DNA from: a virus
Taxonomy: Duplodnaviria > Caudoviricetes
Reading direction: 5' to 3' (one strand)
DNA length: 64,000 nt
IMG/VR virus record: IMGVR_UViG_3300032295_003763
Span: 32,001 to 96,000 of that record
Made by a program: the position numbers and the translations under genes. Below, piece after piece: positions 1 through 9,551 of the stretch (position 1 is the stretch's first letter; each line of letters begins with the position of its first letter). The notes beneath the pieces were generated by a model, which searched no databases, had not been told where the DNA came from, and worked only from the letters and a program-made list of their open reading frames with translations.

Positions 1-831
1 AATGAATCACTAAATGTATCCATACCCTGCTTGGATGGTTTTGTTCGTCTAGTTGATGTTATGGGCGATGACTCTTCTATTGTACAAGCAGCAAGGGTAT
101 CATATGGAGAAGGAACGAAAAAAATTCACGAGGATAGAGGTTTAATAAGATATCTCATACGTCATCAACATTGGACTCCCGTTGAGATGGTAGAATTTAA
201 GTTTCATGTAAAAATACCTGTATTTGTCGCAAGACAGTGGATTAGACATAGAACTGCAAATGTGAATGAGATAAGTGCAAGATACTCAGAAATGAGGGAT
301 GAAATGTATCTACCACCTTTGGAGCACATTAGTGCCCAGTCTAAAGATAATAAACAAGGTAGAGATACAAATCCATTTCCTATTGAGGATGCTGAAGAAA
401 TTCAATCAATTATTTCTAAATCAAATGAAGCACAATATGAAGTATATCAAAAACTTCTTGAGAAGGGTGTTGCAAGAGAATTAGCGAGAACTGTTTTACC
501 AGTTGGTCATTATACAGAATGGTACTGGAAGATTGATCTCCGTAATCTAATGAATTTTTTGGCTTTACGATTAGATCCTCATGCACAGTGGGAAATTAGA
601 GTATATGCCGAAGCTATGGCTTCTTTAGTAAAGAAAGTTGTACCTGTTGCATGGGAAGCATTTGAAGATTATATTTTGAATAGTGCTCATTTTTCTAAAT
701 ATGAAGTTGATATCGTAAAAGAAGTTATACAAAATTCTGCTTTAAATATTGAAGAAATTGCGAAAGAAAAAGGTCTCAAAGGTAGAGAGTTAAATGAGTT
801 TTTATCAAAAATCAATTTCAGTCATGAGTAA
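1..831 (+). CDS. thyX: Flavin-dependent thymidylate synthase ThyX (5' end runs off the window)
   Basis: ThyX signature RHRTANVNEISARY, plus QAARVSY, ARELAR, and NFLALRLDPHAQWEIR. The frame is open from base 1 (NESLNVSIPCLDG). Confidence 0.95.
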   Translation, partial: NESLNVSIPCLDGFVRLVDVMGDDSSIVQAARVSYGEGTKKIHEDRGLIRYLIRHQHWTPVEMVEFKFHVKIPVFVARQWIRHRTANVNEISARYSEMRDEMYLPPLEHISAQSKDNKQGRDTNPFPIEDAEEIQSIISKSNEAQYEVYQKLLEKGVARELARTVLPVGHYTEWYWKIDLRNLMNFLALRLDPHAQWEIRVYAEAMASLVKKVVPVAWEAFEDYILNSAHFSKYEVDIVKEVIQNSALNIEEIAKEKGLKGRELNEFLSKINFSHE

Positions 832-1321
832 TACATTTTTTCAAAAAGTGGTTAGACTCTTTAAAAAGACAGACCAACCAAACATAAGTAGTCCCAGTAT
901 TTCTAAAAATGAATTTTGGACTGATGAAGAATTAAATGAGTTTAAAGAAAAACTTTTAATTGAAAAAGATATTACAATGTCAGAGATTGAATCTTTAAAA
1001 GATAGAATTATTGACATTGATGAATATACTTCCAGTGGAAAGATTGAAAATTTTAATTCTGAATATAATACATTCGAAACTGAAAGGATAACTTCTGAGA
1101 TCGAATTAAATAGATTGCAAAACTATTTAAATGAAATAAATAAAGCACTTATGAGGATTAAAGAAGGAAAATATGGTATTTGCTCTAAATGTAATTGTAA
1201 AATTAATAAAGAAAGACTGATAGCCGTACCAACTACAACATTAAGTGCTAGTTGGAAGATTCAAGGTAAATGTCCTGAAAATGGTTTAGATGTTTTAAAA
1301 TCAAGAACTAAAAATGCCTAG
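824..1321 (+). CDS. dksA: DksA/TraR-family transcription factor with a degenerate zinc finger
   Basis: Coiled coil followed by ALMRIKEGKYGICSKCNCKINKERLIAVPTTTLS. Likely start is ATG 824, overlapping the thyX end. Confidence 0.8.
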   Translation: MSNTFFQKVVRLFKKTDQPNISSPSISKNEFWTDEELNEFKEKLLIEKDITMSEIESLKDRIIDIDEYTSSGKIENFNSEYNTFETERITSEIELNRLQNYLNEINKALMRIKEGKYGICSKCNCKINKERLIAVPTTTLSASWKIQGKCPENGLDVLKSRTKNA

Positions 1322-1559
1322 GTATAGGATAATATCCGAATCAACTAGTAAAAAAACTCAGTTAGAAGAAATTCATTTAAATGATTATGAAGAAAGAAAA
1401 TATAGATTATCACATGGTCTTTATGAATTTTTAGATTTAGATATAATGCCAACTGAAACCAACCTTTTGGTCGGAAAAGTGGGTTTAGCATTCATTAAAA
1501 GTTGGAAACTAAGAAGACGCAGAAAAGAAGTGTATTCTATGGCAACAAATAAGGTATAG
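1314..1559 (+). CDS. Hypothetical protein (81 aa)
   Basis: ORF overlaps the upstream stop and fills the gap; no motif recognised. Confidence 0.55.
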   Translation: MPRYRIISESTSKKTQLEEIHLNDYEERKYRLSHGLYEFLDLDIMPTETNLLVGKVGLAFIKSWKLRRRRKEVYSMATNKV

Positions 1560-1586
1560 TGAATATATACAAAAAAATTCAATATA

Positions 1587-1994
1587 TTGAGTAATAAACT
1601 TGAAACCTTAATAAAGAAGCTAATTAGTAAACCTTCGAGAACTCAGGTGTGGGAAGAAGAACACAATGATTCTATTGATTGTTATTCTCATGGTTTGATG
1701 ATAGTTAATTCAAGTTTAAATTTTTATAGTTCCATAAAAACTTGGACATTTGATAAAACTAATTATAAGAGAGATCGTCACTTTAAAGATAACTTCTTAA
1801 CGTTGTTTATCAATGTTTATTATTTTCAAAACAAAGAAGATTACAAACTCCAAGACGCTAGTTTTACAGAATTACGGTTAAAAAGAACTGGTAAAAAACT
1901 TCAAGATTTTTCCGTAGAAATTAATAAAATTGAGAAATTTCTAAGAATAAATCGAGGGCATAGTCTTATTAAAGAAAATCGGAACAATTCGTAA
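1587..1994 (+). CDS. Hypothetical protein (TTG start)
   Basis: 135-aa ORF preceded by an AATATATA late-motif variant at 1562-1569. Confidence 0.6.
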   Translation: MSNKLETLIKKLISKPSRTQVWEEEHNDSIDCYSHGLMIVNSSLNFYSSIKTWTFDKTNYKRDRHFKDNFLTLFINVYYFQNKEDYKLQDASFTELRLKRTGKKLQDFSVEINKIEKFLRINRGHSLIKENRNNS

Positions 1995-2096
1995 ATTTAC
2001 CTTTTATTATTAAATATATTTTTTTATATTTGAAAAAAAATAGAGATATATAAGTTTAGGCTTAAAATGAGAAAAAGAAAAATTAAACGAGAAAAA

Positions 2097-3764
2097 ATGT
2101 TATCCTTTGAACAATTTCAGAGTATATTCGAATCGAGAAATCCCGAAAGCGTTTATACAAAAAACAAAGACTTGATGTCTAAAGATGGAAAACCACTTGA
2201 ACTTCAAGACGTAGAGAAAATATTTCAAGCTGATCCGTCAATACAGAAATCTTATGTAAACTGGTTAATTCAATTATATAGAAAAACTGATAAAAATTTG
2301 TTTTTTGAAGATTTATATAAGGCTACTAATTATCTTCAAATATATGATGACGCTAAGAAAAAGAACAAGATCGAAGATGAAAGAGCAAAAAATATTTCTA
2401 ATATCAAAACTCTTCCAGAACTCTTTAATATCATTGAGCCTTTCAAAGAAGATGAAACTAAACTTTTATCTAAAAAACAATTACGCGGAGACTCACCAGT
2501 TGAAGGTCAATATGAATTGATTTATTCTGATGACGAATGGGATGTAGTTATACCTAGAACGCACCCAGCTTCTTGTTATTGGGGTAGCGGTACACAATGG
2601 TGTACAGCAGTAGATGAAAATCCAAGTTATTTCAATGGATATACTAAAGATGGTCCCCTTTATATCTTTAGACATAAATCTGATAAAAAACTACGCTATC
2701 AATTACACTTTGAAAGTTCTCAGTTTAAAGATGTAAAGGATGATGAATATCCACCAATTTCAGTATTTGAAAAATACCCAGTATTAAAAAATGCATTGGT
2801 TGAGTATTGGAGTGAAAATCCAAAAGTATTGGAGAATAGCACCAAGAATCCTTTAAGTATGGTTTTAGATAGAGATTCAAAAGAATGGTCAGTATTTATA
2901 CCTATGATTATTGATTCTGGATATAATTTGAATAGCGAAGATACTAATGGTAATACAGTTCTTATTAATTTGTGTAAGAAACTTAAAGTTGAACTAATTG
3001 ATTTCGTTTGTTCAAAAGGTGCTGATCCTAAAAAGGCTAATGCAAAAGGTTTAACAGCACTTATGGCAGCAGTTGCAGCAACAGCTTCAAATATAAGCGG
3101 TAGACCATCTGTAAGTGATTTAGATACCTTAACATTGAAAGTTGCAGAAATCTTGTTTAAGTATGGTGCTGATGCAAGTGGTATAAATCCTAATGGTGCC
3201 CAAAGCACAGTATTTGAAGCAATCCTTCAGAACAAAATTCAAACTGCTTTGTTCTTGGTAGATAAAGACGGTTACGATGTTAATGCTCCTGATAATAAAG
3301 GAGATGCTGGCAGAAACTTAGCATTGTATTTACCAGGTTTGAATGTTACACCTACAGGTGCTAACTATTCTCTTAATTTTGATCAAGCTAAATTCTTTAT
3401 AGAAACTTTAATTAAAAAGGGATTAGATATTAATAAGATTAGCGAAAGTAATTTCTCTAATTCTCCACTTCATTTACTTTCACATTTTGCTGGTCTTCGT
3501 GCAAATGATAAAGCTGCTGTTGAAGTACTTTGTTTCATTGCTAAAATTCTCTTAGAGAATGGAGCAAATCCATGGTTAGAGGATAAGTCTAAAGGAATGA
3601 AAGTTAAATTAAGCGGAATGGAAGAACTTCCAAAATCTAATCTTTTAGCTATTGAAAAGCCAATTGGAAGACCAAAGAGTCCTGAAATGGTAGCATTATT
3701 AACAGAATATATGAAAAAGGCTAACCCAAGGAAGAAAATTCCTGCGGTTGATGTTTTAAGTTAA
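2097..3764 (+). CDS. WCTA-motif (possibly PcfJ-like) domain fused to ankyrin repeats; putative capsid-targeting leader
   Basis: ASCYWGSGTQWCTA motif; ankyrin-like repeats (GNTVLINLC, GLTALMAAV, NSPLHLL, LLENGANP). Leader MLSFEQFQSIFE if the start is ATG 2097 (the ORF track starts at 2067). Paralog of 6935-8173. Confidence 0.75.
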   Translation: MLSFEQFQSIFESRNPESVYTKNKDLMSKDGKPLELQDVEKIFQADPSIQKSYVNWLIQLYRKTDKNLFFEDLYKATNYLQIYDDAKKKNKIEDERAKNISNIKTLPELFNIIEPFKEDETKLLSKKQLRGDSPVEGQYELIYSDDEWDVVIPRTHPASCYWGSGTQWCTAVDENPSYFNGYTKDGPLYIFRHKSDKKLRYQLHFESSQFKDVKDDEYPPISVFEKYPVLKNALVEYWSENPKVLENSTKNPLSMVLDRDSKEWSVFIPMIIDSGYNLNSEDTNGNTVLINLCKKLKVELIDFVCSKGADPKKANAKGLTALMAAVAATASNISGRPSVSDLDTLTLKVAEILFKYGADASGINPNGAQSTVFEAILQNKIQTALFLVDKDGYDVNAPDNKGDAGRNLALYLPGLNVTPTGANYSLNFDQAKFFIETLIKKGLDINKISESNFSNSPLHLLSHFAGLRANDKAAVEVLCFIAKILLENGANPWLEDKSKGMKVKLSGMEELPKSNLLAIEKPIGRPKSPEMVALLTEYMKKANPRKKIPAVDVLS

Positions 3765-3793
3765 TTTGTTTATTTATATTTTGTGAGTTTGAT

Positions 3794-4384
3794 ATGTCTT
3801 TTTCCATGGATCAATTAATTTATACTTTAAATTATATTGATAAAACAGATTGGCCAGATGGCCCTTGGAAACTCGAACCTGATAAAATGTTGTGGATAGA
3901 TGATTCCACAGGTTATGAATGCTTAATAAAGAGAATTCGAAACATCAGTCATTTATGCGGTTATGTGGGTGTTACTAAAGAACACCCACTATACGGCACC
4001 TCCCTTTTACAGTTCAGAAGAGATGAAACGCTTGAAAAGTTTTTTGATGTCCATGGTAAAATTACAATGTCTTACCCTGGAAAGCTTTTCTCAGAAGAAC
4101 CTGGTCCAGATAATAAGTTAGGTAGGGCATTTATTGAAAATAGAGTTCATCCACAGGAAATCTGGTGGATCGGTATGGACTTTGTTCAGAATGAAGATAT
4201 TATACCAATAATATCTGATGATCCAAATGATAATAATGGTGAAAGAATCTACAGAGACATCGGATATGTAACAAAGGAAGTTACCAAACTAGCTTATCTT
4301 TTGAAAAAGTTTCATGAAGAATTCGATAGTGGTGAAATTAAATTTGAAAAATTAAATCATCCAATACCTAGTTGGGCATTATAA
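3794..4384 (+). CDS. Conserved phage hypothetical protein
   Basis: HLCGYVGV..HPLYG / DVHG.IT / WWIGMDF motifs typical of a widespread phage family of unknown function. Confidence 0.65.
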   Translation: MSFSMDQLIYTLNYIDKTDWPDGPWKLEPDKMLWIDDSTGYECLIKRIRNISHLCGYVGVTKEHPLYGTSLLQFRRDETLEKFFDVHGKITMSYPGKLFSEEPGPDNKLGRAFIENRVHPQEIWWIGMDFVQNEDIIPIISDDPNDNNGERIYRDIGYVTKEVTKLAYLLKKFHEEFDSGEIKFEKLNHPIPSWAL

Positions 4385-4397
4385 TTTAAGCAAATTT

Positions 4398-4937
4398 ATG
4401 ACAAAGGAACAATTTATCAAATATCTAAATGGTTCTTCTCAAGAAACTTTAGATACCTTAGCTTTTAAATCTACTATGAAGCTAGAATATCTTCAGTTTC
4501 TTAAGCTTTTAATTTCAAAACGATTTATAAACAACCCTAAAAATCGAGTAGGACAAAGTTTATTGCATACGTCAGTTATTCATAATAACGTAGAAGCATT
4601 ACGTTTCTTAATAGATTCTGGTCTTAATATTAATGAAACTGATGATGACTATAGAACGCCATTGCATCTATCAGTAATATATCCAGTTAATTCAGAAATA
4701 ATTTCTCTTTTAATTTCCAATGAAGCTGATATAAATGCTAAGACTGAAAGATTAGAAACACCTTTGTTTTTAGCATGTCAATCTAATAATACAGATGCAG
4801 CAAGGATACTATTAGAAACAAATAAATGCGATATTTCTTTTCCTAATGATTTAGGGCAAGAAGCGATGTTTTTAGCTTATAAAAATGATAATAAAGAGAT
4901 ACTAAGACTACTTAAAAAATTCAAAGAGGCAGTTTAA
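4398..4937 (+). CDS. Ankyrin-repeat protein
   Basis: GQSLLHTSV, RTPLHLSV, ETPLFLAC repeats with about 33-aa spacing. Confidence 0.9.
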   Translation: MTKEQFIKYLNGSSQETLDTLAFKSTMKLEYLQFLKLLISKRFINNPKNRVGQSLLHTSVIHNNVEALRFLIDSGLNINETDDDYRTPLHLSVIYPVNSEIISLLISNEADINAKTERLETPLFLACQSNNTDAARILLETNKCDISFPNDLGQEAMFLAYKNDNKEILRLLKKFKEAV

Positions 4938-5701
4938 TGTTTTCAGTTGTTATTCCAACACTCTGGCGTTCTCCATATTTATTAGATTTACTTAATTATT
5001 TAGATTCAATACATGAGATAGGTGAAATAATAATTATAGATAATGATCGAAATAAATCACAAAATTTAGATCAATTCTCAAAAGTAATACACATTAAAAA
5101 TCCTCAAAATAATTTTGTAAGTCCAAGTTGGAATCAAGGCGTAAAGTTAGCCTCATTCGATAAGATATGTCTCTTAAATGACGATGTTATTATACATAAA
5201 GATGTATTCTTATTGATGGATAATTTCATAAGCGAATCGGTAGGTTTAGTTGGTCTCTCTTCAGATGTCTATGAAAACTGTAAAGAATTTTTTAATAGTC
5301 TGGAAAAGCCTAGTAATTTAAAAATTTATCCAACTACTCAAAGAAACTTTGGATATGGGTGTTGTATGTTTATACACAAAAACAACTATAAGCATATACC
5401 AGATGAAATGAAAATTCAATACGGTGACGATTATATCTTTTACTCATTAGAGAAGATAAACTATGTTTTAGATGGGTTTACAATAGTAGGTAAAATCAGT
5501 GCGTCTCTATTAGATGAAAATTTACAAATCATAGATAAGGATTATGTAAATTCTATTTGTAAAAATGACCATAATGTATTCTGGAATGAAATGGAAAAAG
5601 GTGCCCTAACAAGAACACCTTTACACTCATACGACTCTGATAAACTTCAAGAATTATCTAATTATAAATGGAAATCTTCTAGTAACTATTATTTTGATTA
5701 A
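4937..5701 (+). CDS. Glycosyltransferase family 2
   Basis: FSVVIPT, EIIIIDND, SWNQG, LLNDD (DxD-like), YGDD. Confidence 0.85.
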   Translation: MFSVVIPTLWRSPYLLDLLNYLDSIHEIGEIIIIDNDRNKSQNLDQFSKVIHIKNPQNNFVSPSWNQGVKLASFDKICLLNDDVIIHKDVFLLMDNFISESVGLVGLSSDVYENCKEFFNSLEKPSNLKIYPTTQRNFGYGCCMFIHKNNYKHIPDEMKIQYGDDYIFYSLEKINYVLDGFTIVGKISASLLDENLQIIDKDYVNSICKNDHNVFWNEMEKGALTRTPLHSYDSDKLQELSNYKWKSSSNYYFD

Positions 5702-6288
5702 TCTTCAGATTTACCATACATTTCTTCAAAACTTTTAATGTGCTTACTCGTTCTGTGCATTTTTTTACCCTTTGTATCACCAGGTAATTCTTTATATGCT
5801 TCTGGATCATCATCAGGCATCTCTGCTTGTTTCTTCATCATTTCTTTCTTCTTCTCAATCGTAGATTTAGATAAACCTTTGAAATATTTATGTTCGCTTT
5901 CAGCTTCATTCGTTTTCTTTTTAATAAATTTCAATCCATCAGTATGTCCATTTCTAATGATGTCTTTAGCAACATCAGAATCTGATCCTCCTTTTGGATT
6001 TGATTTAGGACTACCCCACGTTGTCGATTTACCTGTCAAAAAACTTGCTAAACGAGCATAACCCCATTGTTGCTGACCAGCACCAGGTCTGTGTCCAGAT
6101 TTCCAAGCAGCCATTCCTCTTCTCATTATTATCCTCAAATAAGAAATTGGAACACCAGTAGTTTCTGATTTTTTCTTTAATGCCTTTTCAATAGCGGGAG
6201 AATCTATTGGAGAACGGTCCCCTTTAGCTTTATTTTCATTTAATTCATAGTCATTAATGAATTCTTCAAATAGTTTTATATTACTCAT
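5698..6288 (-). CDS. DUF5824-like protein with capsid-targeting-like leader
   Basis: RRGMAAWKSGHRPGAGQQQWGYARLASF motif; leader MSNIKLFEEFINDYELNE. Confidence 0.7.
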   Translation of the reverse strand: MSNIKLFEEFINDYELNENKAKGDRSPIDSPAIEKALKKKSETTGVPISYLRIIMRRGMAAWKSGHRPGAGQQQWGYARLASFLTGKSTTWGSPKSNPKGGSDSDVAKDIIRNGHTDGLKFIKKKTNEAESEHKYFKGLSKSTIEKKKEMMKKQAEMPDDDPEAYKELPGDTKGKKMHRTSKHIKSFEEMYGKSED

Positions 6289-6337
6289 TCTATCTATTAT
6301 GTTACTAGTCTAATATATATTCAAAATCTTAGGATTA

Positions 6338-6898
6338 TTATACCTTTAAAATGGCTTGCAGTTCTTTAGTTCCTGCGAACTCGTAGGGAGTTTCACCATG
6401 ATTATTTTGAATATCTCTATTGGCACCTGCATCTATAAGCATCAGGGCGATTTCTGGGCGATAATATTCAACAGCATAGTGTAATGCAGTATTACCAATT
6501 TCATCCTGTATATTCAAATCCGCCTTTGCATCAATCAACATTTGAACTATTTCTATGTAGTTCCATTTTGTAGCAAAAATCAAAGCAGTCCTACCTTTTT
6601 CATTTTGTACATTAACATCTACACCTGCATCTATAAGCATTTTTGCAATAATCTGCCTAATTTCTGTTCTATGGTCACTTGCAACCCAATGTAATATCGT
6701 ATTACCTTGATTAAAACCTTCTTCATCTTGCCAATCCAGCTTCGCACCTAATATAATTAAGTCCTGTATAAGATTGATATTTGGTTTATAAGATTGAACT
6801 TCACGTTTAATCATCTCAGCCTTCTTATTCGGTGGGATAATCATTAGTTCATAGGGGTCATGAGAATCAAAATCTTCAAAGAGTCGTAGATATTTCAT
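6338..6898 (-). CDS. Ankyrin-repeat protein with capsid-targeting-like leader
   Basis: GNTILHW, GRTALIFA, GNTALHYA, GETPYEFA; leader MKYLRLFEDF. N-terminus is paralogous to 35507-36187. Confidence 0.9.
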   Translation of the reverse strand: MKYLRLFEDFDSHDPYELMIIPPNKKAEMIKREVQSYKPNINLIQDLIILGAKLDWQDEEGFNQGNTILHWVASDHRTEIRQIIAKMLIDAGVDVNVQNEKGRTALIFATKWNYIEIVQMLIDAKADLNIQDEIGNTALHYAVEYYRPEIALMLIDAGANRDIQNNHGETPYEFAGTKELQAILKV

Positions 6899-6934
6899 GG
6901 ACTACATATATTTTGGAAGTATATATCTATACTA

Positions 6935-8173
6935 CTATTTAATATCATCCATTACTATACTTTTCATTTCTTTTGCTAAATCTAATGGTGTTTTACCATA
7001 ATTGTCTTTTTCATTAGCATCTAACCCCAAATTTATAAGTACCCTAGCCATATCAACTTTACCTAACATAAATGCAGAATGTAATGGGGTTCTACCCAAA
7101 AAATCTTTTACATGTATATTCATACCATTCTTTATCAAAAGCTCTAATACATTTATTTTACCAGTAGATGCTACCATATGAGCCAAATTTACAAAACCAT
7201 CTTGAACATTTGTCATAGCACCATATTTCAATAACATCTTAATTAACTTAATAGATTCTTTTTCATCAGTAATATACACAGCTTTACAAATAGGAATACC
7301 CGAAACACAATCATTATCAATACCATCTACGTCTGCCCCATATGCTAAATATATTCTAGATAGTGATGATTTACCTTTTTCTAAAGCATTTAAAAATGCC
7401 TTTTGATAAAAAGATAACTCAGGCCTTTTAATGAATTCATATTCATTGCGTTCTATGTAATCTACAAACGCATCTAACACATCTGGATATTTAGCAAACA
7501 TTCCTTCTGGATCTATAGGTCTATCTTCTAAATCCATATATTGAGAGGTCTCTATATGAAATTGAATATTATTCTTAATCTCTCCATTTTTATAGTATAT
7601 GATTACAACAGGACCTTTTTCTGCATATCCCCAATATGTTCTATCATATCCTGAATGAGCAGTACACCAACGACTCCCAGAACCCCAAAAACACGCAGCA
7701 CGATGTGTTTTGGGAACAACAACAGAATATCTATCATTGTCTAATAGTACGTCAAACTCTCCATCAACTGCTGTATCTCCCTTTAATTGCTTTTTAGATA
7801 GTGTTTCTTCTTTATTATCTTTATATTCTTTGATCTTATCCCAAAGATCATTCAAATTCTTGTAGTTAAGAATGTTACGCTCATCTAAACTTAATTTATT
7901 CTGAACCTTTTCAAATAATTCAAGAGATTCTGTTATTTTGTACAAATCTTCTATAAAAATTTCATACGGTGTATGTTTAAATAGATCTGTCATCCAACGC
8001 AAATACTTGCCTCTATTTGTTGGATCCGCATGGAACATTAAAAGAAGCGAGTCGGCATCCAATTCAATATTATTGATGTCTTTGATGTTTTGCTGTAAGA
8101 TTCTTATAAATCTTTCTTTAACTTTATCATTTACATCAAATGATTTTATTTTACGTATTTGCTTATTTTCCAT
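6935..8173 (-). CDS. WCTA-motif domain fused to ankyrin repeats
   Basis: AACFWGSGSRWCTA; GRTPLHSA and GKTPLDLA repeats. The N-terminal half aligns by eye with 2097-3764 (ADP..KY..W, EDLYK, LSKKQL.GD..V.G). Confidence 0.8.
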   Translation of the reverse strand: MENKQIRKIKSFDVNDKVKERFIRILQQNIKDINNIELDADSLLLMFHADPTNRGKYLRWMTDLFKHTPYEIFIEDLYKITESLELFEKVQNKLSLDERNILNYKNLNDLWDKIKEYKDNKEETLSKKQLKGDTAVDGEFDVLLDNDRYSVVVPKTHRAACFWGSGSRWCTAHSGYDRTYWGYAEKGPVVIIYYKNGEIKNNIQFHIETSQYMDLEDRPIDPEGMFAKYPDVLDAFVDYIERNEYEFIKRPELSFYQKAFLNALEKGKSSLSRIYLAYGADVDGIDNDCVSGIPICKAVYITDEKESIKLIKMLLKYGAMTNVQDGFVNLAHMVASTGKINVLELLIKNGMNIHVKDFLGRTPLHSAFMLGKVDMARVLINLGLDANEKDNYGKTPLDLAKEMKSIVMDDIK

Positions 8174-8175
8174 TA

Positions 8176-8730
8176 TTATTTGAAAAGTTTATCTTGTTCT
8201 ATTATAGATTTAATTCTATTGATACTATCTTCCAGCACATCATTTTCTACTACAATATCAAATAAGTTAGATGCTTCCATTTCCATTTCATATCGTTCTA
8301 ATCTTTTATTAGCATCTTTTACTGATTCCGTAGATCTTTTCATTATTCTTTTCATCAATTCTTCTTTGCTAGGTGGTTTTAAAAAAATCAGGACTTTTTT
8401 ATTTTTTAATAACCTTTGTATTCTTTTTGCACCAAGCACATCTATGATTAAAAATGAAACCTCAGAATCGGAATTAAATTCGGATTTCAAGGTACCATAT
8501 AATTCACCATGTACATCTTGCCATTCTATGAATTCATTATTCTCAATTTTATCCAAAAATTCTTTTCTTGAAACATAATAATAACTAATACCATGCACCT
8601 CTCCTTCTCTTTTTCTTCGAGTGGTGCATGTTATTATTTTCTTTGAATTTGGTATTATTGATAATAAAGAGCGAACTATGGTATCTTTACCACAGCCACT
8701 TGGGGAAGATATAATAATTGTTTTGTTCAT
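8176..8730 (-). CDS. gmk: Guanylate kinase
   Basis: SSPSGCGKDT P-loop, TTRRKREGEVHG.SYYYVS, FIEW..VHGELYGT, IFLKPPS. Confidence 0.93.
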   Translation of the reverse strand: MNKTIIISSPSGCGKDTIVRSLLSIIPNSKKIITCTTRRKREGEVHGISYYYVSRKEFLDKIENNEFIEWQDVHGELYGTLKSEFNSDSEVSFLIIDVLGAKRIQRLLKNKKVLIFLKPPSKEELMKRIMKRSTESVKDANKRLERYEMEMEASNLFDIVVENDVLEDSINRIKSIIEQDKLFK

Positions 8731-8791
8731 TATTATTATATGCTTAGTTGTAGATTAGTTTATATTTCTGTTAACTTCAAATATAAGAAAT

Positions 8792-9457
8792 TTACAGAGA
8801 ATTTAACATACTAATAAGCTCAGGTTGTGGATGGCAATCAGTTTTATCCTTTCTATAGTTAACATGTGTCCATAAACCACCTGCGCCATTTAGAGCAGCC
8901 TTTGATACATTAAATGTATCTATGCTCCAAGGAGTCTCGCGTTTTAATGATATTCCAAATTCTTGAGAAATCCATCCTAATACATGACGCAATGATTCTA
9001 GTTGTTTTTCAGTATATTTATGGAAATATCTATATCCCCTCCAATTTACACCTAAATCATAAACATCAGTATCTGCCATTGGTTTTTTTACATAATTATA
9101 GAATTTACCATCTTTACCTAAAGTAATTGGACCATAATTACATATTTCTATACCTATACTTTTCTTATCTAATCGACCATTAGTTCCCTTAACGCCTAAA
9201 TGCCATGCCCAATATTTAGGTTCAAATGCCATTACAACCACGCCATCGTGAGTTGTATCTATTTTAGTAGTGCTTCTACCACCTATTGTAAATGCAGTTG
9301 CTACCCTACCTCTAGTATCATTACCCCAAGAGTTTACAGTCCAGACTGGATTATGACCTCCAGCCGTATGATGAATCACTATAGAATCCTTTTTGGATTC
9401 CTTCTTAACGTACTCACTTTCTGCTAAAAAATGTTGTTGTATCACAGTCCAAGACAT
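8792..9457 (-). CDS. N-acetylmuramoyl-L-alanine amidase (Amidase_2), probable endolysin
   Basis: IVIHHTAG, AWHLG, SIGIEICN, LWTH...KTDCHP Zn-amidase motifs; late motif upstream. Confidence 0.88.
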   Translation of the reverse strand: MSWTVIQQHFLAESEYVKKESKKDSIVIHHTAGGHNPVWTVNSWGNDTRGRVATAFTIGGRSTTKIDTTHDGVVVMAFEPKYWAWHLGVKGTNGRLDKKSIGIEICNYGPITLGKDGKFYNYVKKPMADTDVYDLGVNWRGYRYFHKYTEKQLESLRHVLGWISQEFGISLKRETPWSIDTFNVSKAALNGAGGLWTHVNYRKDKTDCHPQPELISMLNSL

Positions 9458-9487
9458 AATTTTAAATTAGGTTTCTAATTGTATTTC

Positions 9488-9524
9488 TATATATCCTTTC
9501 ACAATATTTTTTAATAGATATATA
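9488..9524. promoter_or_regulatory. Divergent pair of GATATATA late-promoter motifs
   Basis: 9488-9495 (-) before the amidase; 9517-9524 (+) before the 1895-aa structural gene. Confidence 0.7.
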
Positions 9525-9551
9525 CTAAAACACATAAAGGATAATATACTT

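Noticed and set aside
3766-3783. Bacteroidota-type promoter before ORF 3794
   Set aside because: TATTTTG is one base off the TAnnTTTG spacing, and there is no correctly spaced -33 box.
2097-8173. Eukaryotic giant virus (NCLDV) origin because of ankyrins and DUF5824
   Set aside because: Portal, gp32, gp61, UvsW/UvsY, baseplate genes, PG hydrolases and DksA indicate a tailed bacteriophage.
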